The position numbers and the translations under genes are program-made. Below are positions 44,425-55,595 of a DNA stretch of 64,000 nucleotides, piece by piece. Source of the stretch: Candidatus Oxydemutator sp. (GTDB lineage: Bacteria > Pseudomonadota > Gammaproteobacteria > Poriferisulfidales > Oxydemutatoraceae); assembly GCA_965203445.1 (NCBI GenBank), contig OZ241883.1, forward strand, positions 1,696,001 to 1,760,000, read 5' to 3'. The notes under the pieces were generated by a model. That model saw nothing but the letters and a program-made list of their open reading frames with translations, did no database searches and was not told the DNA's origin. Positions within the stretch are counted from its first letter, which is position 1; each line of letters opens with the position of its first letter.

Positions 44425-45453
44425 ATGCAGGACCTCGCCACCATCGTTGCCGGCGCGCGCACGCGCGTCGAGGCCGCGCAAACGGCCGCCGAACTCGACA
44501 AGATCCGCGTCGAATACCTCGGCAGGAAGGGCGTCGTCACGCTGCGCCTGAAACGGCTCAACTCGCTTCCCCCGCGGGAGCGCCCCGCCGCCGGCAAGGC
44601 CTTGAACGACGCCAAGCGCGAGATTCTGGCCGCGGTCGAACGCCGCCGCGCGGCGCTCGCCGATGACGCCGTAAGGCGGCGCCTCGAGAGCGAGAAATTA
44701 GACGTGACACTGCCCGGTCGCGGCCGCGGCGGCGGTGCGCTGCACCCGATCACGCGTACGCTGCGCCACGTCGAGCAGCTGTTCGCGCGCGCCGGTTTCG
44801 ACGTCGAGGAAGGTCCCGACGTCGAGGACGATTTCCACAACTTCGAGGCGCTGAACGTGCCGCCGCTGCACCCGGCGCGCGCGATGCACGACACCTTTTA
44901 CATTGCCGGCGACGCCGAACGCGGCGCCGAGGGCGGGGGCTACCTGCTGCGCACGCACACCTCGCCGGTGCAGATCAGGGTCATGCGGCGCACGCCGCCG
45001 CCGCTGCGGATGATCGCGCCGGGGCGCGTCTATCGCTGCGATCTCGACGTCACGCACAGCCCGATGTTTCACCAGGTCGAGGGGCTGGCCGTGGACGAGC
45101 ACCTGTCGTTTGCCGACTTGAAGGGCGTCGTCGCCGGTTTTCTACGCGCCTTCTTCGACGAGGACGATCTGCCGATTCGCTTTCGGCCCTCGTATTTCCC
45201 CTTCACCGAGCCTTCGGCCGAGGTGGACATCCACTGGCGCCACGGCGGCGACCGCCACGCGTGGCTTGAGATCATGGGTTGCGGCATGGTGCATCCGAAC
45301 GTGTTGCGCGCAGTCGGCTGCGACGCCGGGCGCTACACCGGCTACGCCTTCGGTCTCGGCGTCGAGCGTCTGGCGATGCTGCGCTACGGCATAGACGACC
45401 TGCGCGTGTTGTTCGACAACGACCTGCGCTTTTGCGAGCAGTTTGCGGACTGA
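44425..45453 (+). CDS. pheS: Phenylalanine--tRNA ligase alpha subunit
   Basis: [26 protein letters not shown]. Confidence 0.97.
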   Translation: MQDLATIVAGARTRVEAAQTAAELDKIRVEYLGRKGVVTLRLKRLNSLPPRERPAAGKALNDAKREILAAVERRRAALADDAVRRRLESEKLDVTLPGRGRGGGALHPITRTLRHVEQLFARAGFDVEEGPDVEDDFHNFEALNVPPLHPARAMHDTFYIAGDAERGAEGGGYLLRTHTSPVQIRVMRRTPPPLRMIAPGRVYRCDLDVTHSPMFHQVEGLAVDEHLSFADLKGVVAGFLRAFFDEDDLPIRFRPSYFPFTEPSAEVDIHWRHGGDRHAWLEIMGCGMVHPNVLRAVGCDAGRYTGYAFGLGVERLAMLRYGIDDLRVLFDNDLRFCEQFAD

Positions 45454-45463
45454 CGGGGCCGGC

Positions 45464-47869
45464 GTGCGTTGCAACCTCGAGTGGCTGCGGCAGTGGGTGG
45501 CGATCGCGCCAGACGACGCGCGCGCGTTGGGCGAGCGTCTGACGCTGGCCGGCCTCGAAGTGGACGCCGAATACCCGGCGGCGCCGGCGTTGTCGCGCAT
45601 CGTCGCCGCGCGCGTAACCGACGTGGCGCCGCACCCGGACGCCGAACGCCTGCGGCTGTGCCGCGTGGACGCCGGTGGGCGCGGTTCGTTTCAGGTGGTG
45701 TGCGGCGCTCCCGACGTGCGCGTCGGCCTGTGCGCGCCGCTTGCGCTCGAAGGCGCAAACGTCGGCGGCAGGACTATTGCTTTGGCGACGATACGCGGCG
45801 TCGAATCGCACGGAATGCTGTGCTCCGCCGCCGAACTCGGCCTGGGCGACGATGCCGGCGGCCTGCTCGATCTGGGGGACGTGGAACCCGGCGCCGAACT
45901 CGGCGAACGTCTCGGTTCGGACGACGTGATCTACGACCTCGATCTGACGCCGAACCGCGCCGACTGCTGTAGCGTGTTTGGCGTCGCGCGCGAGATCGCG
46001 GCGCTGGACGGCGTCGAACTGTGCGCGCCCGAACAACCGGCGGTCGCCGCCGCCCACGACCTGCAACGCGCGGTTGTGGTCGCCGCCGAAGCCGCCTGTC
46101 CGCGCTATCTGTCGCGCGTCGTAACCGGCCTCGATCCGGCGGCGGTCGCGCCGCTGTGGATGCGCGAACGCCTGCGTCGCTGCGGTATGCGCGGCGTGCA
46201 TCCGGTGGTGGACGTGCTGAACTACGTGATGCTCGAGTGCGGGCAGCCGATGCACGCCTTCGACGGCCGCCGCCTGGCCGGCGATCTTCGGGTGCGTTTC
46301 GCAAAGGACGGCGAGCAACTGCGTCCGATAGGCGGCGGCGAGGCGCTCGCGTTGAACGGCGACGTGCTCGTGATCGGCGACGACCACGGCGCGGTCGCGG
46401 TCGCCGGCATTATCGGCGGCGCCGGGAGCGCGGTGCGCGAGGATACCCGCGACGTTGTGCTCGAATGTGCGTTCTTCGCGCCCGAGGCCGTCGCCGGACG
46501 CGCGCGCGCGCTCGGTCTGCACACCGAGTCGTCGCATCGTTTCGAGCGCGGCGTGGATCCGCGCTTGCAGACGCGCGCGCTGGAGCGTGCGACGCAGTTG
46601 CTGCTCGACGTCGCCGGCGGGAGCGCCGGGCCGGTGCGCGAAGTCAAAAGCGAACGCCACTTGCCGCGCGCCGCCGGGATCATGCTGCGCGCCGAGGCCA
46701 TGGCCGGGCGCCTGGGCGTCGCCGTCGCCGCCGACTTCGTCGCGCGCGCCCTCGTTTGTCTTGGTTGCCGCGTCGAGGGCCTCGGCGCCGGCGATGGCGC
46801 CGGCTGGCGTTGCGTGCCGCCGTCGTGGCGTTTCGATCTGCGCATCGAGGAGGATCTGATCGAGGAGATCGCGCGTCTGTACGGTTACGACAAAATTCCC
46901 GAGCGCATGGGCGCCGCCGTCGCCGGTGCCGGCGCCGGCGACATATTCGCGGGCGAGAACCGCGAGCGCGAGCGCGACCGGCGTCTCGACGACCGCCTGG
47001 TCGAGGCCGGTTATTACGAGGTGGTCACCTATAGTTTTATCTCGCCGAGGGAGGCCGCGCAGTTTTCCGACGAGAGCGCGCCGCGCCTGAGAAACCCGAT
47101 TTCGAGCGAGACGTCGGTCATGCGCACGTCGCTGTGGCCGGGACTGCTGCGGGTGTTGTCCTACAATCTCGACCGGCAACGCGAGCGCGTGCGGATTTTC
47201 GAGCGCGGCCCGGTGTTTTTCGAGCGCGACGGGCGGCCCGGGCAGGCGCAGATGCTGGGCGGGTTGGCGTGCGGCGCGCTGCGCCCGGAGCAATGGGGCG
47301 ACGACGGCCGCGCGTGCGACTTCCACGATGTCAAAGGCGACGTCGAACGCCTGCTGCGCGGCTGTGGCGGCGCTTTGCGTTTCGAGGCCGCCGAGTATCC
47401 GGGCCTGCATCCGGGACGCAGCGCGCGCGTCAGGATAGGAGACGCCGAAGTCGGGCGCGTCGGCCAGCTGTCGCCGCTGCTCGAACAACGCCTGAAGTTG
47501 CCCGCCCCGGTGTTCTTGTTCGCGCTCGAACTCGATCACCTGCCGGAGCGCCCGCCGACGTCGTGCCGGCCTCTGTCGCCGTATCCGGCGGTGCGCCGCG
47601 ACCTGGCGGTGGTCTTCCCGCAAGAAGTTACGGCCGCCTCGGCGGTGCGTTGTATCGAGAGCTTGCGCATCGAGCAACTGGTGAAAATCGTGGTATTTGA
47701 TGTTTTTGCGGGGGGTGATATACAATCGGGCTTCAAAAGCATAACCTTGGGGTTGATTTTTCAGGATTTATTCAGCACTCTTGAAAGCGGCAGCAGCGAT
47801 GCCTGGGTCGGGACTATCGTCGAGGCCCTGGAACGGGAGCTGAACGGGAAACTGAGGACGACCCACTGA
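45464..47869 (+). CDS. pheT: Phenylalanine--tRNA ligase beta subunit
   Basis: [35 protein letters not shown]. Confidence 0.96.
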   Translation: MRCNLEWLRQWVAIAPDDARALGERLTLAGLEVDAEYPAAPALSRIVAARVTDVAPHPDAERLRLCRVDAGGRGSFQVVCGAPDVRVGLCAPLALEGANVGGRTIALATIRGVESHGMLCSAAELGLGDDAGGLLDLGDVEPGAELGERLGSDDVIYDLDLTPNRADCCSVFGVAREIAALDGVELCAPEQPAVAAAHDLQRAVVVAAEAACPRYLSRVVTGLDPAAVAPLWMRERLRRCGMRGVHPVVDVLNYVMLECGQPMHAFDGRRLAGDLRVRFAKDGEQLRPIGGGEALALNGDVLVIGDDHGAVAVAGIIGGAGSAVREDTRDVVLECAFFAPEAVAGRARALGLHTESSHRFERGVDPRLQTRALERATQLLLDVAGGSAGPVREVKSERHLPRAAGIMLRAEAMAGRLGVAVAADFVARALVCLGCRVEGLGAGDGAGWRCVPPSWRFDLRIEEDLIEEIARLYGYDKIPERMGAAVAGAGAGDIFAGENRERERDRRLDDRLVEAGYYEVVTYSFISPREAAQFSDESAPRLRNPISSETSVMRTSLWPGLLRVLSYNLDRQRERVRIFERGPVFFERDGRPGQAQMLGGLACGALRPEQWGDDGRACDFHDVKGDVERLLRGCGGALRFEAAEYPGLHPGRSARVRIGDAEVGRVGQLSPLLEQRLKLPAPVFLFALELDHLPERPPTSCRPLSPYPAVRRDLAVVFPQEVTAASAVRCIESLRIEQLVKIVVFDVFAGGDIQSGFKSITLGLIFQDLFSTLESGSSDAWVGTIVEALERELNGKLRTTH

Positions 47870-47880
47870 GAGAACGCCCG

Positions 47881-48228
47881 ATGCCAACAAAAAAGACCAA
47901 GACGGTGACCAAATCGCACTTGATCAATCACCTGTCCGATAAGCTCGGCCTCAACAAGCACGAGTCCAGGGAATTCATGGAGAGTTTCTTCTCGGAAATC
48001 GTCGGCACCCTGGAGGGTGGCGTCAACGTCAAGCTGTCCGGTTTCGGCAATTTTTTGTTGCGCGATAAGGGCGAGCGCCCCGGACGCAATCCCAGGACGA
48101 GGGAGGTGGTGCCGATTCCGGCGCGTCGCGTCGTGGTTTTTCGGCCCGGTCAGAAGCTCAAGAATCGGGTGGCCGGTTGTATCGGGCAAGGAGCCGAGGA
48201 TGACCCGCTTTCCGCTGATACCGGATAA
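47881..48228 (+). CDS. ihfA: Integration host factor alpha
   Basis: VKLSGFGNF...RPGRNPRT...[13 protein letters not shown]; follows pheT. Confidence 0.94.
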   Translation: MPTKKTKTVTKSHLINHLSDKLGLNKHESREFMESFFSEIVGTLEGGVNVKLSGFGNFLLRDKGERPGRNPRTREVVPIPARRVVVFRPGQKLKNRVAGCIGQGAEDDPLSADTG

Positions 48229-48532
48229 GCACTATTTCACGATCGGCGAGGTCAGCGAATGGTGCGGGGTCGAGCGCCACGTGCTGCGCTACTGGGAGAA
48301 AGAGTTTGCGCGCCTGCGCCCGGTGAGAAGGACCAACCGCCGCTGCTATACTCGGGAAAACCTGTCGCTGTTGATACGCATATATACACTGCTGCGGGTG
48401 GACAAATACACGATGGAAGGTGCGAAACAGGTGCTGGCCGACCGCGAGGCCGCGGCCGAGAAGGGCATCCATACCGACCTGGTTCGTGAGATAAGAGGCG
48501 AACTCGAACAGATACTGAACGTTCTCAAGTGA
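48200..48532 (+). CDS. MerR-family transcriptional regulator
   Basis: [13 protein letters not shown]...[10 protein letters not shown]; usual position after ihfA. Confidence 0.9.
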   Translation: MTRFPLIPDKHYFTIGEVSEWCGVERHVLRYWEKEFARLRPVRRTNRRCYTRENLSLLIRIYTLLRVDKYTMEGAKQVLADREAAAEKGIHTDLVREIRGELEQILNVLK

Positions 48533-48537
48533 CTCGT

Positions 48538-48611
48538 CGGGGCGTGGCGCAGTCTGGTAGCGCACCACAATGGGGTTGTGGTGGTCGGAGGTTCAAATCC
48601 TCTCGCCCCGA
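48538..48611 (+). tRNA. tRNA-Pro(GGG), CCA not encoded
   Basis: Anticodon arm CCACA-ATGGGGT-TGTGG; GTTCAAAT; followed by TCA instead of CCA. Confidence 0.92.
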
Positions 48612-48682
48612 TCATTTTGTCGCCGGCCGTTCGATCTTTGTCGCGGCCTTTTTGAATAGTGGCGGCGGCGACGCCGTTTGTT

Positions 48683-49189
48683 ATGCGTTGGTTCGGGCGC
48701 TTTGCCGTGTTCTTTGATTCCCCCGTGGGTGTGCTCGAAATCCAGGCCGACAAAGCCGGCCTGCGGCGTATTTCGTTTTGTTCGCGCCGCACGCCGTCGT
48801 CCGCAAGCGCGCCAGGCTCATTAGTCGCGCCGTCGCCGATGGAGAAACGCATAGCGCGGCAACTGCAACGCTACTTCGACGATCCCGCCCGGCGCATCGA
48901 ATGCCCGCTGCACCTGGCCGCCGCCACCCCCTTTCAGCGGCGCGTATGGAAAGTCATCGCCGCCACCCGCCGCGGCCAGACGCTGACCTACGGCGGCATC
49001 GCCGAACGCCTGAACACCCATCCCCGCGCCGTCGGCGGCGCCTGCCGCGCCAACCCGGTTCCGATAGTCGTCCCGTGCCATCGCGTCATCTCCAAGTCGG
49101 GCGAGTTGCGCGGCTACACCGGGCCTACGAAGGGTAAGGGATTGAAGGTCAAAGCCTGGCTGTTGCGCCACGAAGGGGCGCTGGAGTAA
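48683..49189 (+). CDS. ogt: Methylated-DNA--protein-cysteine methyltransferase
   Basis: FQRRVW, RAVGGAC..NP, active-site PCHRV. Confidence 0.92.
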   Translation: MRWFGRFAVFFDSPVGVLEIQADKAGLRRISFCSRRTPSSASAPGSLVAPSPMEKRIARQLQRYFDDPARRIECPLHLAAATPFQRRVWKVIAATRRGQTLTYGGIAERLNTHPRAVGGACRANPVPIVVPCHRVISKSGELRGYTGPTKGKGLKVKAWLLRHEGALE

Positions 49190-49198
49190 CCTTTGCCC

Positions 49199-51901
49199 AT
49201 GCCTCCCAAGTCCTCCAAGTCTGGCAAGCCTCGCAAGTCTGGCAAAGCCGCGCGAAATTATCGCCACAAGGAAGAAGCTCTGATGCGTCCCGAGAGCGGC
49301 GCGCAGGACGTCTTTCCGTCCGCCAGGAGAAGGCCGCCCAGGACCTGGCGCTACGATTCCTCGCTGGCGCCGGAGTTGGCCTGGGACGAGGACGAGGCGC
49401 GCGGCGAGGGGGAACGCCTGATCGAGGAGATCATCGCCGGCGACGACCTGGATCAGGCGAAGCAGGCGGCGGAAAAACTCAAAAACCTGTCCCGGCACTT
49501 TCTGAACTGGGCCGGCAAGGCCGAGCGTGGCGGTTTTGCGGTGCCGACGCTGCCGCTGTTCGTCCACGAGCGCCTGTCCACCGAAGCCGTGCTGGAAACG
49601 CTGAAACGCCGCCACCGCAAGCGCGGCCAGACTTTGGAACTGTTCGGCGAGAGCGACAAGAGCATCGGCGAGAAAATCCGCGGCGCCTACGAACACGTCA
49701 ACGGTTGGCAGAATCGCCTGATCCTCGGCGACTCGTTGCAGGTGATGAACTCGTTGCTGGAGTACGAGGGCTTGGGCGGGCAGGTGCAGATGGTCTATAT
49801 GGACCCGCCTTACGGCGTCAAGTTCGGCGGCAACTTTCAGCCGTTTGTGCGCAAGCGCGACGTCAAGGACGGCGACGACGATTCGCTGAGCCGCGAACCG
49901 GAAATGGTGCGCGCCTACCGCGACACCTGGGAGTTGGGCATCCACTCGTGGCTGACCTATATGCGCGACCGCCTGCTGCTGGCGCGCGAAATGCTGACCG
50001 ATTCGGGTTCCTGCTTCGTGCAGATTTCCGATGAGAACGTGCACTTGGTGCGGTGCGTGATGGACGAGGTGTTTGGGAGGGAGAATTTTGTAAGTGAGAT
50101 TTACTTCGCTACGACAAGCGGATTCGCTACTGAAAAAATCAGCCGTGTAGGTGATTATCTGGTTTGGTACGCCAAGGATAGCAAAAGAATGAAATACCGC
50201 TCTTTATTTGTGGCCAAAAACAACACTGAGCGCGGGGATAATACATACCGTTATTTGGAACTTCAGTCTGGCTCAAGGCGTTCTATGACGAAAGCAGAGC
50301 GGGAAGGTATGGTTTCTCTTCCAGATGACAGCAGGGTTTTTGCCTGCGGTGATACTCAATCACAAGGTGCTTCCTCGCAGGATTGCCCTTTTGAATTTGA
50401 AGGGCAAATTTTTCGTCCACAACCGAATAATCATTGGAAAGCGCATTATCTGAGAGGCATGGAAGCTCTCAAAAAAAGCAATCGTCTTGTCATTGTTGGA
50501 AACCAGCTGTGGTATATCCGCTACGCGGATGACTATCCGGTGCGAAAAATCACCAACTCCTGGATGGACACGGGTCTTTCCTTTGCTATGGATAAAAAAT
50601 ACGTTGTCCAAACCGCCGAGAAAGTTATCCAACGCTGCATGTTGATGACCACCGACCCCGGCGATCTGGTTTTAGACCCCACCTGCGGCAGCGGTACCAC
50701 CGCCTATGTCGCCGAACAATGGGGCCGCCGCTGGATCACTACCGATGTCTCTCGTGTGCCCTTGGCCCTTGTCCGCCAACGCCTGCTCACCGCCACCTAT
50801 CCCTACTATCAGTTGAAAGACGAGCAGCGCGGCCCGGCCGGTGGCTTCGTTTATCAGCGCAAGCAGAACAAAAAAGGCGAGGAAGTCGGCGGCATCGTGC
50901 CGCATATCACGCTGAAATCCATCGCCAATAACGAACCGCCGGCCGAGGAAGTGCTGGTGGACAAACCCGAAACCGAAAGCAGCGTCATCCGCATCACCGG
51001 CCCGTTCTGCGTCGAGGCCGTACTGCCCACGCCGCTGTCGCCCGAGGCCGAACTGCCGCAAGTAAAAGAACCTGTCCCGCCACCGGACAACGAGGACAAC
51101 CACATCGAGCGCATGATCGAAGTGCTGCGCCTGTCACCAGTGCTGAGACTGCAAGGCAACCAGGAATTCCGCCTGGACAAGGTGCGTCCGCCCGCCAAGT
51201 CCTTAAGCCTGCATGCCGAAGCCGAGCACGTCGCTCCCGGGACGGACGACGGCGAGGCCGTCGCGATCGTCTTCGGCCCCGCCAACGGCCCCGTCAGCGA
51301 ACGCGCCGTGATCGAGGCTGGCAAGGAGGCGCACGCAAAGAATTACCAAATGCTGCTGGTCATCGCCTTTGCGATAGAACCCGAAGCCCGCGAAACCGTG
51401 CAGCACGGCGAGGCGACCCTTGGCTTGCCTGCGGTCTATGTCCAGGCCAGTACCGATCTGGTGATGTCGGACCTGCTGAAGAATACCCGCTCAAGCCAGA
51501 TCTTCGCCGTCGTCGGCCTGCCCGATGTCAAACTGGAAAAAGCGCCCGAGAAAGCCGAGGACGGCGGCGACCTGTGGCAGGTAACCCTGCGCGGCCTGGA
51601 CGTGTTCGACCCGGCCACGATGGAACACAACGCCCTGCAAGGCGACGATGTGCCATGCTGGATGCTGGACACCGACTACGACGGCCAGAGCTTTCGCGCC
51701 GGCCAGGTATTCTTCCCGCGCACCTCGGCCTGGGACAAAATCCGCCACGCCGTGCAAGCGGACTTCGACGAATCCGTCTGGGAACGCCTGCGCGGCGCCG
51801 TCAGCGCCCCGTTCGCCGCCGGCGACCAGATCGCCGTAAAAGTCATAGACGACCGAGGCAACGAACTGATGGTAGTCAAAAAAACCGGAGACCCAAAATG
51901 A
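49199..51901 (+). CDS. Type III-like R-M methyltransferase (Mod, beta-class)
   Basis: NRLILGDSL, YMDPPYG, central variable TRD, LDPTCGSGTT, long C-terminal extension. Confidence 0.9.
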   Translation: MPPKSSKSGKPRKSGKAARNYRHKEEALMRPESGAQDVFPSARRRPPRTWRYDSSLAPELAWDEDEARGEGERLIEEIIAGDDLDQAKQAAEKLKNLSRHFLNWAGKAERGGFAVPTLPLFVHERLSTEAVLETLKRRHRKRGQTLELFGESDKSIGEKIRGAYEHVNGWQNRLILGDSLQVMNSLLEYEGLGGQVQMVYMDPPYGVKFGGNFQPFVRKRDVKDGDDDSLSREPEMVRAYRDTWELGIHSWLTYMRDRLLLAREMLTDSGSCFVQISDENVHLVRCVMDEVFGRENFVSEIYFATTSGFATEKISRVGDYLVWYAKDSKRMKYRSLFVAKNNTERGDNTYRYLELQSGSRRSMTKAEREGMVSLPDDSRVFACGDTQSQGASSQDCPFEFEGQIFRPQPNNHWKAHYLRGMEALKKSNRLVIVGNQLWYIRYADDYPVRKITNSWMDTGLSFAMDKKYVVQTAEKVIQRCMLMTTDPGDLVLDPTCGSGTTAYVAEQWGRRWITTDVSRVPLALVRQRLLTATYPYYQLKDEQRGPAGGFVYQRKQNKKGEEVGGIVPHITLKSIANNEPPAEEVLVDKPETESSVIRITGPFCVEAVLPTPLSPEAELPQVKEPVPPPDNEDNHIERMIEVLRLSPVLRLQGNQEFRLDKVRPPAKSLSLHAEAEHVAPGTDDGEAVAIVFGPANGPVSERAVIEAGKEAHAKNYQMLLVIAFAIEPEARETVQHGEATLGLPAVYVQASTDLVMSDLLKNTRSSQIFAVVGLPDVKLEKAPEKAEDGGDLWQVTLRGLDVFDPATMEHNALQGDDVPCWMLDTDYDGQSFRAGQVFFPRTSAWDKIRHAVQADFDESVWERLRGAVSAPFAAGDQIAVKVIDDRGNELMVVKKTGDPK

Positions 51902-53400
51902 AACTCACCGTAAAAAACTTCGGCCCCATAGCCGAAGCAAAAAATATAGAAGTAAGCCCCATGACAATTTTCGTAGGGCCGAGCAATACGGGCAAGTCAT
52001 ATCTGGCAATGCTGATTTATTCAATTTATATGGTGCTTGCAAAAGCAAAAGAAGACTATCGCATGGCAAGATATAGTATGCGCTACATGGAGGGTAATTA
52101 TAAAGACATAAAAGATATATTTAATAAGTTAACGCAATCACAAAGCACCGCGTTGGGAGAAATAGATAAGTATTTCGATAAGTGGGTAGAAGATATCTGT
52201 TCTGAATGGCGGAAACAATTTATTTATTGTTTGGGAGAAGAAGGGAGAAATATAATCGAGACTACGGAAGTGGATAAAAGGTTTTCCGTGAGAATATCCG
52301 ACTTTGAAAACCAGCTTATTTTAGATTTGACGTATCCGGAGAAGAGCAAGCTGACCAACCAAAAGAAAAAGGATATATATCAATCGTTAAAAAAAATACT
52401 CTTATCGCAGAAACAGAAAAAACAAAGATACGGAAGAGTAGTTGACCACAATGAGAGAATGTACTTTCATTTGTTAGATGAATGTATTGAGACGTTATTC
52501 CATCATTTTCATACCGCTTTATCTAATAATGAAGAAAACAGGTTATCGATTCCGCATTACTTGCCTGCCATCCGAGGTGGGATTATTCAAAGTCACCGCA
52601 CTCTGGTTAGTGCACTTATTGAGCGGGCGCCTATGGCCGGACTTAGCAGGCTCTCGCCTATTCCTCTTTTTAGTGGTGTTCTTTCTGATTTTATGCAAAA
52701 ACTGATAAATATTAGAGGCGATAGGACAGGTGTAATGTTAAGAAGACGTATAATACGTCGGAAACGTCCACTACGTCGTCCCCACCGTCCTCCCGTAGAA
52801 GAAATAAAAAGAATTAGTGGGGATATAGAAAACCGAATCTTGTCCGGAGAAATATATATTCAAGAATCGGAAGTAGGGTATCCCGATTTCCGCTACAGGT
52901 TTAAGAGCAACGGCGAAGAACATGATTTGCCATTGATGAGCGCCTCGTCATCGGTTTCAGAATTGGCCCCGATTGTGCTATTTATCCGTCATTATTTGGA
53001 TACCAGTGACTTGTTTATCGTGGAGGAGCCGGAAGCCCATCTGCATCCGGCCGCCCAGCGGAATATTTCCGATATTCTCGCGCGATTAGTCGCGGATGGC
53101 GATGTCAATATTTTGATCACCACGCATAGTGACATTATCGTGGAACAGGTCAGCAATTTTGTCTATGCCGCGGAGATAGCCGGTAGTAAAAAAACCGAGC
53201 TCTCCAAACTTACCAAACTCAAAGAAGAAAAGTGCTCCGTTTATTTGTTTGCCGGATCCAGAGCGGGGAAAACAAGGGTCAAAAAAGTTCCGTTTGATAA
53301 GGAATATGGCTTTTTGACCAAAGATCACCTGGATGTTTCCTCTGCGCTTTACAACGAAACCATCAGGCTCATGAAACAGAGAGATAAGGCCAGTGGTTAA
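51898..53400 (+). CDS. ABC/AAA-type ATPase (AAA_15/AAA_21-like), low GC
   Basis: KNFGPI, GPSNTGKS, SSSVSEL, IVEEPEAHLHP, TTHS; ATGA overlap with mod. Confidence 0.85.
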   Translation: MKLTVKNFGPIAEAKNIEVSPMTIFVGPSNTGKSYLAMLIYSIYMVLAKAKEDYRMARYSMRYMEGNYKDIKDIFNKLTQSQSTALGEIDKYFDKWVEDICSEWRKQFIYCLGEEGRNIIETTEVDKRFSVRISDFENQLILDLTYPEKSKLTNQKKKDIYQSLKKILLSQKQKKQRYGRVVDHNERMYFHLLDECIETLFHHFHTALSNNEENRLSIPHYLPAIRGGIIQSHRTLVSALIERAPMAGLSRLSPIPLFSGVLSDFMQKLINIRGDRTGVMLRRRIIRRKRPLRRPHRPPVEEIKRISGDIENRILSGEIYIQESEVGYPDFRYRFKSNGEEHDLPLMSASSSVSELAPIVLFIRHYLDTSDLFIVEEPEAHLHPAAQRNISDILARLVADGDVNILITTHSDIIVEQVSNFVYAAEIAGSKKTELSKLTKLKEEKCSVYLFAGSRAGKTRVKKVPFDKEYGFLTKDHLDVSSALYNETIRLMKQRDKASG

Positions 53401-53887
53401 GCCGAAACCAACGAGTCAACCGGAACCAGGACTCAAAAGTATCTTCGATGATAAATACAAAAAATGCCGGATTCCTGAACGTTCAGAATATGGATTGGGA
53501 AGTATGATAAATCCCACCGTTTATTCGGTGGATAAGCTTTTTGAAGAGCCGCCTGAAAGAGGCGGAAAGCATTGTGATGAATTCGTATTCTGTGCTTTGA
53601 GCCAAAACGAGGCTGGCTTGTACCTGGTAGAGAGAAAAACCAATAGCCAGGATATAACAGCAGTAAAAAAACAGCTGCAAGGCGGAGCGGATTTTATCCG
53701 GGATTTCATGAAGGACGATCCGTCAACCGACAATCAGCCGTTCGATTATATGCCCGTGTGGGTTTCCAAAGGAATAAAACCTGGGCTGCGTTCGATGTTG
53801 AGAGACCCTGAAAATTCAATTTCATTGAAAGGAAAAGACGAGCTCATTGAACATTGTAAAATTGGAAAGAACCTGCCCCTAATGTAA
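53393..53887 (+). CDS. Hypothetical protein, possible PD-(D/E)XK-like partner of the ATPase
   Basis: Overlaps the ATPase stop; 'KHCDEFVF...YLVERK...KQL' pattern. Confidence 0.55.
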   Translation: MVKPKPTSQPEPGLKSIFDDKYKKCRIPERSEYGLGSMINPTVYSVDKLFEEPPERGGKHCDEFVFCALSQNEAGLYLVERKTNSQDITAVKKQLQGGADFIRDFMKDDPSTDNQPFDYMPVWVSKGIKPGLRSMLRDPENSISLKGKDELIEHCKIGKNLPLM

Positions 53888-53898
53888 CGGTGGCAACG

Positions 53899-55551
53899 AT
53901 GAAAATCACCAGGGTAGTTATCCGCAACTTCAAGCGTTTCGGCGACGAAACTTTTGACCTTGACGATCACATTGTCGTCACCGGGCCGAACAATTCGGGC
54001 AAGACCACGTTGCTGCAAGCGATTGCGACCTGGCACTTGGCGTTGTCGCGCTGGCGCGAACTGAATGACTATCAGCGTCACGGCGGCGCCTATACCAAGG
54101 CGCCTATCGCCCGGCAGGCATTTTATTCCGTTCCGTTGCGCGCCTTTGATTTGTTGTGGCACAAACGGGGCGCGGAAGAGAAAGTTGAAATAGCAGTAAC
54201 TTGTGACAATACCCGCGTGCCCGTTGAAATCATCAGCGACAGCAGCGAGCAGGTGTACGTTCGCCCAACCTCGGACGTGTCGCCGGAGTGTCTTGTGGAC
54301 CCCGATAATTTTCCCGCTCCGGCTTTTGTTCCGGCCATGTCCGGTCTGGGCACCGAGGAACCCGTGTATCAGAGGCCGAAGATCAATCAGTTGTTGGGGC
54401 AGGGCAAGCCCGGCGACGTGCTGCGCAACCTGCTGGTCGAGGTTCATCATGACCGGAGCGCGTGGGAACGGCTGACAAAAGCCGTCAAAACAATTTTCGA
54501 TTACGACCTTTTGCCGCCGAATACCGATGGCCCGAATATTATTTTGGAATACCGGCACGCAGCACGGTCTGGCCCGACGTACGATATTGCCAGTGCCGGC
54601 AGCGGATTTCTGCAGGTGCTGATGTTGTTGACCTTTCTGAATTTCCGGCAGGGAACGGTGCTTCTGCTGGATGAGCCTGATGCCCACCTGCACGTAATTC
54701 TGCAAGACGGTATTTACCATGAACTGAAAACTACCGCACGAAAGAACAATTCGCAGTTGATCATCGCCACTCATTCGGAGGTCGTTATCAACGCCGTCGA
54801 ACCGAGAGAATTATACGCGCTGCTGGATACTCCGAAAAAACTGGCGAGCGACGAGGAAAGGGCGACGCTGATTCGCTCTCTTTCGTTGTTGTCCAACCTG
54901 GATATTGTGCAGGCGCGTGAAAAGGGAAGTGTGTTGTACGTCGAGGGCCACACCGACCTGGCATTGTTGCGCGCGTGGGCGCATATTCTGGAGCATCGGA
55001 CGGCGGGTTACCTGAGGCAGCCGTTCTGGAAACCCGCCGTGTTTGAAACGAGGCACAAAGGCAAGGGGATAAAGGCGGATGATCACTTCGAGTCTTTGCT
55101 GCTTGCGCAAGAGGAAGCGTGCGGCGTGCAAGTCATAGACCGCGACGCCAAGGAGAACATCCCCCCTATGAAGACGGCTTTCGACGACAGGTTTCTGAGA
55201 CTGTGCTGGAACCGCTATGAAATCGAAAGCTACCTTGTGCACCCCGACGTCCTTGCCCGTTTCGTTGCCGAGGCCGTCGGGCCGGAAGCGGAACTGGCAG
55301 ATGGCGACGCGATGAAAGAAGTCATGCGCGCGGAGTTGCCCGGCCGGGTTGTGGACGATCCGATGGGCGATCACGATGTTCTCAAACAGAGCAAGGCGCG
55401 CGTCGTCTTGTCCAAGATTCTTCACGAGGCTGGATTGCAGAATTTCCCCTATACTCGCTACGCGGAAATCGCCGCCGTCATGCGCGCGGATGAAATCCAC
55501 CCCGAAATAATCGAAAAATTAGACGCCATCGCCGACCACCTGAACCTGTAA
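53899..55551 (+). CDS. ABC ATPase fused to a TOPRIM-like domain (OLD-family-like nuclease)
   Basis: GPNNSGKT, GSGF, LDEPDAHLH, ATHS; C-terminal YVEGHTD, DRD, RYEIESYL. Confidence 0.8.
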   Translation: MKITRVVIRNFKRFGDETFDLDDHIVVTGPNNSGKTTLLQAIATWHLALSRWRELNDYQRHGGAYTKAPIARQAFYSVPLRAFDLLWHKRGAEEKVEIAVTCDNTRVPVEIISDSSEQVYVRPTSDVSPECLVDPDNFPAPAFVPAMSGLGTEEPVYQRPKINQLLGQGKPGDVLRNLLVEVHHDRSAWERLTKAVKTIFDYDLLPPNTDGPNIILEYRHAARSGPTYDIASAGSGFLQVLMLLTFLNFRQGTVLLLDEPDAHLHVILQDGIYHELKTTARKNNSQLIIATHSEVVINAVEPRELYALLDTPKKLASDEERATLIRSLSLLSNLDIVQAREKGSVLYVEGHTDLALLRAWAHILEHRTAGYLRQPFWKPAVFETRHKGKGIKADDHFESLLLAQEEACGVQVIDRDAKENIPPMKTAFDDRFLRLCWNRYEIESYLVHPDVLARFVAEAVGPEAELADGDAMKEVMRAELPGRVVDDPMGDHDVLKQSKARVVLSKILHEAGLQNFPYTRYAEIAAVMRADEIHPEIIEKLDAIADHLNL

Positions 55552-55595
55552 TGTCCGCCTCAAGTTACTGTATAACTTCCTATAAAATAGCAGCC

